In this document: positions 12,152-25,828 of the stretch, one piece after another
Position numbering within the stretch: the stretch's first letter is position 1
Layout: each line of letters begins with the position of its first letter
Notes under the pieces: generated by a model
Seen by the model: only the letters and a program-made list of their open reading frames with translations
Database searches by the model: none
Told to the model about the DNA's origin: nothing
Assembly (NCBI GenBank): GCA_038087875.1
Contig: CM075991.1
Location: 9,736,001-9,799,882 of the forward strand
Direction of reading: 5' to 3'
DNA: 63,882 bases
Origin: Malacoraja senta
Lineage: Eukaryota
Program-made: the position numbers and the translations under genes

Positions 12152-12671
12152 GTTCACCTGCATCTCCTCCAACCTCATCTATTGCATTCGCTGCTCTAGA
12201 TGCCAGCTGATCTACATCGGTGAGACCAAGCGGAGGCTTGGCGATCGTTTCGCCGAACACCTCCGGTCGGTCCGCAATAACCAACCTGAACTCCCGGTGG
12301 CTCAGCACTTCAACTCCCCCTCCCATTCCGTATCTGACCTCTCTGTCCTGGGTCTCCTCCATGGCCACAGCGAGCAACACCGTAAATTGGAGGAAATGCA
12401 CCTACCGCTTGGGCAGTCTACATCCTGGTGGCCTGAACGTTGAATTCTCCCAATTCTGCTAGCCCTGGCTGTCCCCTCCCCTTCACCAGCCATCTGGTTG
12501 CCTCCGCCCCTCCCCCAGCCCTCGGGCTCCTCCTCCTCCTTTTCCTTTTTTCCTTTCTTCTCCCCACCCCCTATCAGTCTGAAGAAGGGTTTCGGCCCGA
12601 AACGTTACCTATTTCCTTTGCTCCATAGATGCTGCTGCACCCGCTGAGTTTCTCCAGCATTTTTGTGTACC
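12152..12671 (+). mobile_element. Penelope-like element 3' fragment: GIY-YIG endonuclease plus hammerhead-bearing end
   Basis: FTCISSNLIYCIRCSRCQLIYIGETKRRLGDRFAEH...VAQHFN...RKLEE; 13-bp TSD TGTCAGTTTATAG (12139-12151, 12672-12684). Confidence 0.92.
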
Positions 12672-13204
12672 TGTCAGTTTATAGTCTCATTCTGTTTGAA
12701 GGTTTGGGATGTTCAGTATGATGAGATTACTGCTATTTGAAACCCAGTTGGAATGGTACTTGGGAGCCTGATATCCCACTTATTAAACCGCATTAATGGT
12801 CGTTTAGAAAGTGTCCTTACTACCCAATGGCTGAGATAATGCTTACCATGGCAGATGGCTGCCCCTGTGTAAAATGCACATGTCCACCAGTTTTAAAAAA
12901 CACTACCGCACAAATCTCAATCATCTGTAGATATCCATCACTCTATCCAGACTAGATAAAGTCTCGTCAGTCCAGTCTCATGGCGGCCATGACCCAAACA
13001 TTACTCAATCCCTGACCAAGTCACATCCACAGAAGCATCCTTAACGAGTATTGTCAATCTCTCTAGGAAGCATATTCGAAAAGGCTTTGGTACAGCAATT
13101 TGGACCATTCCTGTTTTGCACTCGTATTAATTGTTGTATTTATTTTTTCAATATGTATACTGTTTCGTCTGAACTGAGAATTTCATTGCACCCTGGTATT
13201 GAAT

Positions 13205-13510
13205 TGAAAGATACAGCAATGGGACAGCCCCTTCGACCCAACGAGTGCACGCCTTACATCGATCACCCGTTCACACCAGTTGTATGTTATCTCACTTCCG
13301 CATCCACTCCCAACACATCAGAGGACATTTATAGAGGCCACTTAACCAACAAACCCACATGTCTTTGGGATGTCGGGGGGAAATCAGTCTAACTGATGGA
13401 AACCCAGAGTCACAGGAAGAACGAGCAAACTCCACACAGACAGTCAGGGTCAGCATTGAACATGGTCTCTGGTGCCGTGAGGCAGCAGCTCTATCAGCTG
13501 TACCACCCAT
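13205..13510 (-). mobile_element. HE1/V-SINE
   Basis: Reverse complement shows the tRNA head, the V-domain (CCCAAAGACATGTG...GG) and the HER1 tail. Confidence 0.75.
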
Positions 13511-16377
13511 ATATATGACAATAATCTGACCCCAAATCTGAATCTGATCTGGAGCAACATGCAGTTCTTACTAAGAACCAAAGTGCAGGCAAATCATCAC
13601 AGAATCAAGTGCAGCAAATCATCACAAGTTCTCTGTTCTGGTTTCGGTGCTAACCATATAGATCAAAAACAATATTTTTTTCTCCTGCTGGATGAAGTTA
13701 CAGCAGGCCTCAGCAATGTCTCAAAATACCAAGCAAAGAGAACAGCTAAGTGTATACCAAAAAGGCAGCAGAGCAATGCAGAGATATTACAATGAAAACT
13801 GAAAATGCTGTAAATTATAGATAACATCACCAACATTTTCTATTACAACACTTACATCTCTCAAATATAGATGGTCAAATTTCACTCCATGGCAAATAAA
13901 ATCTCAGCAGCAAACCCACAGCAACTGGAACCAAAAATTCAATGGCCATTTCAACAAATGCAGTGTTAATTCAATTCAAGGGAATGACAACTCTAAATTA
14001 TACTGCACATGCCTGCTGCTTTACAATGCAGGCCCTGCTGCTTAAACTGCCTATGGTTCAAATGGAGTAATCATGCTCAATTACTAACCATTTTCCATTA
14101 CAGTCAATTGTAAAGTTGCCACTTAGTGCTTCAACAGCCTTCCACATTTCTGGCATAAACAGCTGTTTACTCAGTAGAACTCAACTTGTTAATACAACTT
14201 TGTTAAGGTGTAAACAGTTTGGGTGCAGCATCTGTTCTGGTCACCAATGCATTGTAAAATAGATGCCATTTCACCAGAAGGGATGCAAAAGATATGATTG
14301 GAAAACTGTAGAAATGAGAAAAGATTGGATAAGCTCAGGTTGTACTCATTGGTACCAGGAACCAATTAAGAGACTGAATTGAGAGCCATAAAAAATTATG
14401 AATGGCCCAGACAAGAAGCAATCTTAGCACGCCATAAAAGCAGAAGACACAGATTTTCAAGTAATTGATAGAATAATTAAACAGCAAAAACAGAGGATTT
14501 TTTCCCCCTTTTAGACTGTGGAAAAAGTTTGACATTCATACCCAAATGTGAATATTTCAGTGCGAAACACCCTTAAGTAGTACTGACTTAGTAGTACATG
14601 ATCTGTAGGGCCAAAGACCTAGCTCTGGAAAGCAGAGGCAAATGGTATCCTGAGTAGTAAATTTTTATCAAATTCTATGATACCAGTATATTTTCTCCAA
14701 AATCTGCTGTATTGTTTTTCAGCAGTTGATCTCGTGTCTTCAAATATACTCGAAACATGGTAGATGTGCTTTCACCAAGTTCCCAGCTCCAGGCCATCAT
14801 CTTCAGACCAGATTTACAGGCATGGTGATTATTTATCAACCAACTATAAGTGGTATCATGAGGCATGTCAGCTTTGAGTTTTACTCTTTTCCATGGCATT
14901 AGTTTCCCTTCATCTCTCCAGTGCAGTTCAAGATTTCACCACATCAGACAAAGAATACTAACATGAAATAAACTGGAACACCAAAATGGCCTGTTGTCAT
15001 TTTAGTCCCTTCTGATCCCACCATTCTATCGTAACCCTCCAAAATACTACGAGGCTGGTTAAGAACTACATTCAGTGTTGCCTACCCTACCTGATTCAAG
15101 GAGCTGACATGCCCAGCATCACATTCCAACCCATGAACATAGCAACTGGATTTCCGCGTGCAGGAACTAGCACTCAATGTTAATCTGGCAAGTTATAACA
15201 CAGAAAAGTCATCCCATGAGCTCTGCAGTGCTAATATATCCAATCAAGACCATTGGTGAACAATATGAACTGCATACGTAGGAGGTTCCAAGAACATACC
15301 ATTCACCACCTCATATCCCAAATCGTACGACTACAAAAATGGAAAAGAAGTGTACGGTATCAATATATTAGAATGTGTCAGTCCGATGAATGGTCCCAAC
15401 CTGAAATGTCACCTATCCACATACTCCAGGGGCGCTGCCTGACCTGCTGAGTTACTCCAGCATTTTGTCTTTGATTTTAGTGTAAATAAAAACTTTTTTT
15501 ATAGCCCAGAAGAGTACACCCCTGACAACACAAGCAACTCCACACTATCCAGGGCAATGCAATTCATTTTGGTGACCACCATTGCCATACACAGCCAGTG
15601 GACTGTGCCTGCAATGTTTACTATCTACAAACTGGTTTGCTGTGATTACCAAGCACGCCCCAAGCCCATGACCTCTACTATTTTGAAGGACAAGTGCAGC
15701 AGCTGCAACAGAACACCAGACTGTTGCAGTCTTTGATTTGGAAACATATCACAGTCGTTCTTCCTGCATTGCTGGATTAACCTGCAGAAAATTCCACCAT
15801 CATTGTCGGAAATGCAATGGATGTGGTTCAAGGTGGTACATAACCACCTTGGAGAACAATTAATATCAACCTTGCCTATCATCCTACACGCAAAAAGCTG
15901 GAACAACTCTACAGGTAACTGTAGAATAACAATTCTACAGTTAATCTACATGTCCATTCTTGATAAAGGGCAAGGATATTCATGTCCTTGACCACTCGTC
16001 TCAACCTCTAACAAGCAAGGAGGGGGAGGTGAGATGGAAAGAAGATCAGGCTCAGCTGTGCTCCTACAACCTTTTGCTTTCCCCTTTCCCTACCTATCCT
16101 GTCAACACAGCCACGATGGCTCATTGCCTAAGTACACTACATAGCGTGGCAACAAGCCACGCATATCAGGAAGATCCCTGACCTGGGCCAAGCCAGAAAG
16201 GCTCAGCTCAAGTAACAGTTTGAGTGTTAACAGCAAGTGGACTGCTTGGATTGGGGTAGTGGAGGCACAGTGGAGCAACAGGAAGTAAGTCATCCAGGAC
16301 GTCCAATATTTCTTGCTAACCAGAAGCTTGCTGCTGCTGTGACAGGTGACTTGCAAAGGCCCAAAATGAACGATCAT

Positions 16378-16920
16378 CAGATCATAAGTTAGAGCAGGAT
16401 TAGGACATTCGGCCCATCTAGTCAGCTCTGCCATTCGATCATAACTGGCCTATTTTTCCTTCTCAACTCCATGCTCCTGCCTTTTCCCCGTAACACCCTT
16501 ACTATTCAAAACCCTATCAAACTCCACTGTAAAAATATCCAATGATGGCCTTTACTGCCGTCTGTGGCAATAAATTCCAGATTCACCACCCTCCGGCTAA
16601 AAAAAAAAAAATCCTCATCTCCATTCTAAAATTACGTCCTTTTTAATTCTGAGGCTGTGCCCTTGGTCAGTCTCCCACTACTTGGAAACATCATCTCCAC
16701 AACTACTATATCTAGGCCTTACATTATTCGACACGTTTCAATGATCCTACCACATCCTCATAAACTCCAGCAGGCACAGGCCCAAAGACATCCGATGCTC
16801 CTCATACTTAACCCAAACATCCCTGGGATCAGTCTCGTAAATTTTCCCTGGACCCCCTCCAACAGCAGCACATGCTTCGTCAGATATGCGACCCAAAACG
16901 GTTAACAATATTCCAAATAT
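16378..16920 (-). mobile_element. CR1 LINE 3' fragment
   Basis: Degenerate RT C-terminus and tail on the - strand. Confidence 0.75.
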
Positions 16921-17916
16921 AAGACACATGGGTATCACCTCGGAATTTTCGGGGGCAAAGGTGGACGAAATTAGAGTGACTGGGAAAAAGAGAATAACTT
17001 TAAGCTTTCATCTTCGTCACCCCCCCCCCCCCCTCACCAAACAAAAGTGCCTTCATCATTAACTCGCAAGTGTACCCACATCTCCTGGTGAGTGAGAGTA
17101 ATAAGAGTCCAATAACATTTCCCAAGCTTACAAGGAAAACATAATAGACAATAAAACAAAGTGCTGGAGTAACTCAGCGGGTCAGGCAGCATCTGTAGAG
17201 GGAATAGACAGATGGTGTTTCGAGTCAGACCTGTATTCGGTCTGTAGATGCTGCCAGATCCACTGGATTACACCAGCACTGTATTCTATTCAAGATTCAA
17301 GCATCAGCAGTTTCTTGTGACTCCAAACATTATAGCTAATTGCCTTAAATTTCCTTCTAGAAAAGCAAAAAATGAGACGACTAACTTAAACTACATCAAC
17401 ATGAAACAAACTCCTATTCTCTCTCCACAAACGCTGCTTGCCCTTTGAGAATTGCCAAAATTATTTGCATTTCATGTCAGATTTCCAGCATCTGCAGCTC
17501 CTTATTTATTTTGCTTGTTACTATAACAACAGATCCACATGATGGCACAGATTAAATATCTGGCTGAGTTTCCAAAGGCAAACCATTAGCTGGATCTTTT
17601 CCTGCATGGATTAGGAAGCCACGTTTTCCCCAGTGCAGAAATGAATGACTCAATGCTACCCAAGATTTTCCCACCACATATTCTTTGCTTTCTTTCCCTT
17701 ATTATACGGATATTAACAGCTGTGCGGCACACTACCTGTTCTTGCCAAAACAAAGTGTTCTAAACCGCTTCACAGGAACACGAGCAGAATAACCCTAATC
17801 AATGTTTCTAGCCAAGTCTAGGTGTGATCAAAATCATGGTCCATAAGATATGTCCCTTTTGAGGAAAACCATCAGCACTGCAATGAAACCTAGGATTCAA
17901 AGGGGATTGAACCTAG

Positions 17917-18381
17917 GATTCACATGCCCTGTCATATGAGGACAGATTGAAAAGACTAGGCTTGTATTCACTGGAGTTTAGAAGGATGAGGGGGATCTTA
18001 TAGAAGCATATAAAATTATAAAAGGACTGGACAAGCTAGATGCAGGAAAAATGTTCCCAATGTTGGGCGAGTCCAGAACCAGGGGCCACAGTCTTAGAAT
18101 AAAGGGGAGGTCATTTAAGACTGAGGTGAGAAACAACTTTTTCACCCAGAGAGTTGTGAATTTATGGAATTCCCTGCCACAGAGGGCAGTGGAGGCCAAG
18201 TCACGGGATGGATTTAAGAGAGAGTTAGATAGAGCTCGAGGGGCTAGTGGGGTCAAGGGATATGGGGAGAAGGCAGGCACGGGTATTTGATAGGGGACGA
18301 TCAGCCATGATCACAATGAATGGCGGTGCTGGCTCGAAGGGCCGAATGGCCTCCTCCTGCACCTATTATCTATGTTTCTAT
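17917..18381 (+). mobile_element. CR1 LINE 3' fragment (young)
   Basis: MFPMLGESRTRGHSLRIKGRSFKTEVRNNFFTQRVVNLWNSLPQ; tail TCTATGTTTCTATG. Confidence 0.92.
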
Positions 18382-18759
18382 GGGACAGAAGTAGTCGGGA
18401 GTTTGTGGAGGGTTTATAAGATTGCAATGATCATAGGTGAAGATTGGCTGGGGATAGGATCACGGATGAAAATGTCAAAATCCAAGCATAGCCAAGCATT
18501 ATTTTTCCTGCCATTATTGCCAGGAGCAATAATGTCAGGAAAAAAATCCACAACAATGGAAATGCACTATTTATGGGTTTTACTTCCTAGGACAGTAGGA
18601 CAAAACACAATAAATGACAAACATTTACACACAAGCTCCCACAATAGCATATTTTAGCCCACCATGGTATCCATTTCCCTGCAAACTTCCAGTAATTTGA
18701 TGTGCAAGCCAGCAAGGTCCAATAGTTTTAATAATATATTTTCACTACCTTCTGTACCT

Positions 18760-18897
18760 TTTCACGCCTCTAGTTTCCCTCTCCCCCGATTCTCAGTCTG
18801 AAGAAGGATCTCGACCTGAAACGTCACCTATTCCTTTTCTCCAGAGATACTGCCCGACCCACTGAGTTACTCCAGCATTGTGCGTCTATCTTCGGTA
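18760..18897 (+). mobile_element. Penelope end with hammerhead-like motif
   Basis: CAGTCTGAAGAAGGATCTCGACCTGAAACGTCACC... Confidence 0.75.
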
Positions 18898-20059
18898 CAG
18901 CTGCAAATCTCTGCTCCAATATTCTTCACTCAGACTTAGATCTTAAGAATGAAAGCAATGTAGATGGCTACGAACACCTGTGTTGCAGTAATACCAAGCC
19001 ACATCTCACTGAATATCACTGGAAAACAACACACTGACCGAATACTCTTCCTGCAGCTTCAAGTGACAGGAAAATACTGTTTGTTTTTGCTATTCTGAAT
19101 AATTCAGCTTCATTGTTTGAGAACAGAATGCTTCTGGAACAATGCCTATTTCACACAATGAGTATCAATACTGTTTTTATGTTTTTTGTGGCAAACATTT
19201 GTTTCCTGCCTTAAATCTCAAAAATAGAAAATAAAATCCAACAGATTACACAAAATACTTCTACAGGGAGAATGGCTAAAGACAAATCTTACATACAAGA
19301 TTTTAAACTAACAAATTTCTCATGGGAAAGAAAAATACTGAATGCCTGAAAAGTTATATGATGCAAAGTTCAGATCTTTCGACCTTTCCATTCCACCAAG
19401 TATCCTTGTATTTGGAGCGAGATTTTCAACTTAGCTACTGTTCTTGCACACAGACCACATTCAAATCTCAGCCGTCAGGTGTCCCTGACAGGCATTTGGA
19501 ATTGTGTTCAAACCCAAATCCCACACATCAAAGCAGATCCTCAAGAGCCAGTGGGGACACTGGCGTCGCAAAGTGGACGAGGAGCATTCTGGAAGATGCA
19601 GGTTACAATTGGCTGACTAATGAATAACCCGCCTACAAACAAGCATTTGAGAGTCCGACTGGGTGAATGTGCTAGCTGCTCTGGGACTGTAGGCATTTTT
19701 TGCCGAGAAAACTCTGTTCCCACCCACATTGCCGACATGCGAACTGTTCGGGTTCGGCATCAGGGTCACACTACATCAACATCTACTTACCTGCCAGCCC
19801 TGGTAGCCACCACATGCCCTATCTGTGGAAGTCTAGAGTTTCCTGATAGGCCTCATCAGCCAGATCACATCCCGCAAAACCAGTGACCAGGAAATAAGTC
19901 ATCCACATTCCCGCGGGAGTGCCAAGAAGAAAGTCATCCACACCCAAAGCAAGGTAACTAAAAAATAGGTCATAGTTTCTAAGATTCCAATAGCTTAAAA
20001 GATTTAGAGTCAAATAGTCATATGGCAGGAACATTGGCCCTTATTCCTCTCAACCTTTT

Positions 20060-20905
20060 CAAGTGTCTTTAAAACATTATTGTACATGCCTCAACAGCTT
20101 CCTCTGGCAGTTTGTTCCATCTATCCACCATGAAAACGTTGACCCTCGGGTCTCTATTAAATCTTTCCCATCTCACCTTAAACCAACGATTCTCCTACTC
20201 TGGGAACAAGACCGTGCATTAACCCTATCTATTCCCCTCGTGATTTTATACACCTCTGTAAAATCAACCTTCAGCCTCCTGTACTGCAAGAAATAAACTC
20301 CACGCCTGCTCAACCTCTCACTATAACTCAGGCCATCGAGTCCAAGCAAAATCCTCATAAATCTTCTCTACACTCTTCCCAGCTTAATGGCATCTGTCCT
20401 ATGGCAGGGCAATCAATACTCCAAGTGCAGCCACACAACATCTTAACTGCAACATAATGTCCCAACTTCTGTCCTCAATTGGCTGACGAACAAAGGGGCA
20501 GCATGCCAAAAACCTTCTTCACGACCCTGTCTACTTGTGACACCACTTTCAGGGAACAATGTACCTGCACTCCTTCATATCTCTGCTCTATAACACTCCC
20601 CAGGGCACTACCATTCACTGTGAAGATTTTGCCTTGGTTCGACTTCCCAAAATGCATACCTCACACTTATATGAATTAAACTCCACTTCCTCTGTCCACC
20701 TGCCCAGATAATTAAGATCTCACTGCAATTCTTAACCTTCATCACTGTCTATAATCTCACAGATTTCAGTATTATTTGCAAACTTCATCGTGCCTTGTAC
20801 ATTCTCAACCAGATCATTCATATAAATAACAAACAGCAATGAGCCCAACACTGATCCCCAAATCACAACACTAGTCAGCAGCCTCCAGTCCAAAAACCAA
20901 CCTTC
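20060..20905 (-). mobile_element. CR1 LINE RT fragment
   Basis: GSVLGSLLFVIYMNDL, MKFANNTEI, MHFGKSNQG, VSQVDRVVKK motifs on the - strand. Confidence 0.88.
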
Positions 20906-21844
20906 TAGGCTTAATTGCAGCAACAACTCCACTTGTGCAATGTGTATCACCAAGGGTCTCTGTGTAGAGATACGCAGATCCAGTGTGCAATGTCTATCAC
21001 CAAGGAAAGAGCATGATAATCCAAAGGGCAAAATCACTTCCAAATTACTCAATCCTAGTTGGCATATTTGTTGATTGCCCAGGTCAAAATCCAGGCATCC
21101 ACAAACACTATTATTGATGCATTATCAACTCAATGAATCCATCAAGGAGGAAGAACACTTCAAGGGGAAGTAGGAATAGAGAATGAGCATGACCTTCCTA
21201 AATCCATCTCACGAATGATATCAACTTGACAGGTGCTTAATGCAACTTTGGCCTATTTATGTATGAGTGTATATCAATGTTGTTACCAACTCTAGTATGA
21301 CAAAAGAAAAACACTGACATGTAAATGGGACTATCTTAGATTGGGCACCTTGGTCAACAAGGTCAAGTTTGGTCGAAATGGCCCATTTCCATGCTGTATG
21401 ACATAACCTAAACTCTGCACCACTAATTTCTCACTACGCTTTTCACTAGCTCACGGGTTCTTGACCTCCTAATGCAACAGATTTTGCAGAACAAGATCTG
21501 TGGGCGTCTCATTCACTTTTCTTTACAGCGGCAGCTCATGTGGGAAATAAGCTGTTCACATTCTCTTTTGCACTTTGCCTAAATTCCTGTAGCAACATGC
21601 CAAAAGATCAACAACACTGAAAAGCAAGCACTGGGCAGGAAAAATAAATTCAACATTACAAGGTGTGGATTGCAGGTCTACAGGCACTGAGCAATTGGCA
21701 ACACTGTGCTAAAAGGTTTTTGCTTTTGCCTATTTGAGGTAACAGTTGACCAACAACTTAGCACATTCCTGCCAGGGAGTCCACAAGAATATTATTTCAG
21801 CTCCTCAGCCAGAAGACTGTAACACCCAAACTACTTAACTTATC

Positions 21845-22172
21845 TGATCTCCTTGTGGCCCAGCACTTCAACCCCCCCCCCCCCCCCCCCCAATTTCCAA
21901 ACTGACCTTACTGTCCTGGGCCTCCTCCATTTTCAGAGTGATTCCCAGCGCAAATTGGAGGAACAGCACCTCATATTGCACTTGGGTAGTTTACACCCCA
22001 GCAGTATGAACATTGATTTCTCTAACTTCAGATAGTCCTTGCTTTCTCTCTCCTTCCCCTTCCCAGTTCTCCCACTGGTCTGAAGAAGGGTCTCGACCTG
22101 AAACGTCACCCATTCCTTCTCTCCATAGATGCTGCCTCACCTGCTGAGTTACTCCAGCATTTTGTGTCTACA
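21845..22172 (+). mobile_element. Penelope-like 3' fragment (GIY-YIG C-terminus plus end)
   Basis: DLTVLGLLH...RKLEEQHLILHLGSLHP; GGTCTGAAGAAGGGTCTCGACCTGAAACGTCACC. Confidence 0.85.
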
Positions 22173-23054
22173 CCCAAACTACTGGTCCACAATCAGGCAA
22201 TGCAATCACAGTACTAAATCTGGGCTTTGTGGCCTCAATCTCTCACTGAGCATGACATGTGCCTACCATGCTAAAAATTGGAAATTATCCATAAATGCTC
22301 CAACTGAAACCACATTCACAGTGCTGCCCCAACACTGGATACTACAGCCACACATTTCAATGCAAGACAACCAGAGACAAAGATGATGGCATGCAACTAG
22401 CCAGAATTATTGACATCAAAACAGCTTGGTATGTGGTCAATGCTATTTCAGTAAGCAGCTGCTGAACAATCAGAGTGGGGATAGAAAAATAGATGTCCTT
22501 GCTTTACATCTGGCCCACCCAATCCATTTCCTGGTCTTCCAATTATCAAATTAAACCAATAGCTCAATTCGTGCATCATACTCTTCTGTTATGGGATTCT
22601 ACCCCCATTCCAAAACCCAATAACACAGGCACTAACAGTCCTGCTGCTCAGTCCACATCACAACATACGTTACTCCTTTAACTCCAAAGCATAAATAAAG
22701 CCTTCCAGGGCTGAATGTCAGCAGGGATGACATGGCACCCAAATCATATCCTAGTTTCACCCAAACTCTATACAGGTCATTGGATAGTGAACATGAGTAA
22801 ACATTTATAGGACAGCACAGGCCCTTTGGCCCACCATGGTTGTGCCAGTCATCATTCCATGTCAACTAATCCCATATGCATCCCCCCTCTCCCCACCTGG
22901 ACTCGCTCCAATTTCTCTAATCCCCCACCTCCTACATTCATTCACTTCACAAATAGCAACTTTTCAATTTGTTTGTCTCGCACCTTCCACTCTAATCCCC
23001 ATCCATCTGCCTACCAAAAACCTCCCTTTTCATGTCCACGAGTATTACCTCAAG

Positions 23055-23198
23055 AGTTAAGTGTGTTTTATTGTCATGATAGAACAATGAAATTCTTACC
23101 TCTGCAGCACAACAGAATGTAAACATAGTACACTGTAAACAATACAAAGAGGAAAAAAAGTTCAGTGTGTATATATACACACACACATATATCTATCC

Positions 23199-23253
<55 letters not shown>

Positions 23254-23420
23254 CGTGTGTATATATTTATGTGTGTGTGTGTGTGTGTATATATGTGTGT
23301 GTGATTACTTGTGTATATATATATATACACACATATATATACACGTAAATATGTATGTATGTGTGCACTTGTAAGTATGTATGTGTATACACACTGAACT
23401 TTTTCCCCCCTCTCTTTTGT
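23055..23420 (-). repeat. Rex-type tail with a (TA)n/(TG)n microsatellite bracketed by inverted repeats
   Basis: TTTATTGTCATG...AATTCTTAC; AAAAAAGTTCAGTGTGTATA inverted against TATACACACTGAACTTTTT. Confidence 0.7.
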
Positions 23421-24156
23421 ACATATTTATTCCTCACATAATCTTGTATAACCAAAACAGATTACTTGATTCCAAACCAAAGATCAAATACCCAAAGAGA
23501 AACTTGGACAAAATAGTTCATTCATCCATGGGCCTTATTGGTCTGCATTGTTAAACCCCACCCTGCAATTAACACACGAGGTATTGATGAAGCCCGTCAT
23601 CAGAGGCTTGTCAGAGCATGCATTTAAACTCCACCTAAAACAATCTTGTAAAGTTTTACTGACAAGCTTGTGTGCATTCTTTAGTCCTGATCTACACCCA
23701 TACACCAACGTGATATTTCACCCACTTTCTGTAATGTAGTGTAAATGTTTAACTTTGGAAAATATGAAGATCAACATTTCAAACATCCGAAAGTAATAAT
23801 GGCAAGAGTACAGATTACTTCAAAAGTTCTCACACTGACTGCAGGGCTAAGGTAAGCCCTCGTTTTTAGGGACCACTATAGATTTCTGTTATAGCGAACG
23901 GATCTACTGAACTTCACCACAAGGATGGACTGCCGACGCCACCCGTGGGCTCCATCGTCTACCTGGCATTGCTGCCCCCACCCACACTGCCCTACCCAGT
24001 CGCTTCCTGGCTGGGCTGCCGACACCAACCCTGTCACACCCCCCCCCCCCCCCCCACCAACCCCCGGCAGCCTCCAGGCCAGACTGCCAACACCATCGCC
24101 AGCCCACACAGCTTCCTCAGCTTGCATTACTGTATTGAGTCCATGGAGCTTTGTGA

Positions 24157-24340
24157 TTAAGAAGGAACTGCAGATGCTGGAAAATCGAAGGTAGACAAAA
24201 ATGTTGGAGAAACTCAGCGGGTGCAGCAGCATCTATGGAGCGAAGGAAATAGGCAACGTTTCGGGCCGAAACGTTGCCTATTTCCTTCGCTCCATAGATG
24301 CTGCTGCACCCGCTGAGTTTCTCCAGCATTTTTGTCTACC
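24157..24340. mobile_element. Near-perfect Penelope-end foldback with 16-bp TSD
   Basis: ~75-bp arms (24190-24340) with 1 mismatch; CCATGGAGCTTTGTGA at 24141-24156 and 24339-24354. Confidence 0.9.
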
Positions 24341-25296
24341 ATGGAGCTTTGTGAGTTAGGGCAGGTAAAGCTTTGCTTTAATGTTTCAGCTGGAAAAAAA
24401 AGGCACCTCTGTCCGTGCAGTTCTTCTCCCAGTCCCACAACAGAATTAAAGTCAATTCACCAATTGCCCATTTGAATGAATGATTTCATGGTAGGACACA
24501 AAACTGAAAGTCTAATAAAAATAGTAAGCACTCAGTAGGTTAGGTGACCTGTGGAAAGAGAATATACAGTACATGAACAGGTCTTTCAACCCACAATATC
24601 TACGGTGATGACAATTTAAACTAAGCCCAGCTGCCTACATATGATCTATGTCGCTCCATTTCCTGGCTGTTCACAAGCCTGTCTAAATGTCTCTTATACA
24701 GTAGTAGCTCCATCGCCTTCTCATCAGTGCATTCCAGTCACCTATTACTCGCTGAATAAAAACATGCCTTGTAAATCTCCTTTATACTCTCCCTCTCTTA
24801 CCTTAAGCCTATGCCCTTGAGTGTTGACATTTAATCACAGCAAACCCCTTAGATTCGCTCTTGTATGTGAATGGTAAAAGCACAGAACATATTGCAGCAT
24901 GCCTACGCAGACACATTTCCTTAAATCCGGTAATAAAATTTAGGAGTATGATTCTGTGCAAGAACCGGCAACTCTAATCATCAGTCCTGACTAACCCTTA
25001 GCTTTAATATACTGAAGGGTCTCAACCATCTGTCCATTCCCTCCACAGATCCTGCCTGGTGTGTTATGTTTCTCCAGCACTTTATGTTTAGACTTTATAT
25101 ACTGTTCAATGCTAATATTTAAACATATTCCACAACTTATGAAACATCTGCCAAATGTTTTAATATTCTCTGGGCAAAGGGGATGTATTTCAGGAAAGGA
25201 TTCTTTGTGTGCTCTTCTGTTGTTTCACAATAGGGAACAGCACCTCTCACCTACTGCAGTTCTACCCTATCCTTAAGAGCAAGAAGGTCCTACTGC

Positions 25297-25473
25297 AGGT
25301 AGACACAAAATGCGGGAGTACCACAGCAGAATTGGCAGCAACTTTGGAGAGAATGAATGGGTGCTGTTTCAGGTCGAGACCCTTCTTCAGACTTCTTCAG
25401 TCTCGACCCGAAACGTCATCCATTCATTCTCTCCAGAGATGCTGCCTATCCTGCTGATGTACTCCAGCATTTT
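25297..25473. mobile_element. Penelope-end foldback
   Basis: GGTAGACACAAAATG...TCTCGACCCGAAACGTC...CCAGCATTTTG. Confidence 0.75.
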
Positions 25474-25641
25474 GCTGAATCTAGTTATTTTTGAGGTGTT
25501 ACAAATCGGGGAATAGACGGGGGCAAAAGAATGGTTGATAAACTCGTGTGTTGAGAATGGTCAGTTTTAAGGATGAAATTTTAATTTTGCCCCAGTCTAT
25601 CCCCCGATTTGCAACACCTCAAAAATAACTAGATTCAGCAA
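25472..25641. mobile_element. 170-bp hairpin/MITE-like element
   Basis: ~57-bp inverted repeats TTGCTGAATCTAGTTATTTTTGAGGTGTT...GGGGCAAAA / TTTTGCCCC...AACACCTCAAAAATAACTAGATTCAGCAA. Confidence 0.7.
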
Positions 25642-25828
25642 GTTAATGCTATACAACACAACCCATCCCTTGGTGCTTGTGACTTGCTGTGCAGGGCAAC
25701 TTGTACTCTCTCATACTCCCGAATGTGGGCAGGCAGCAGCTTTCAATGGCAGGTTCAATCATCTTAAACTGGTGCAAAGAGGAGGACCATGATGAAGCAG
25801 GCACCATGGTCCTCCAAGTGGAGAGTTA

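Noticed and set aside
19000..19030. GATATTCAGTG on the minus strand resembling PPP2R2A exon 2 (DIQW)
   Set aside because: Reads DIQ-stop with no flanking similarity.
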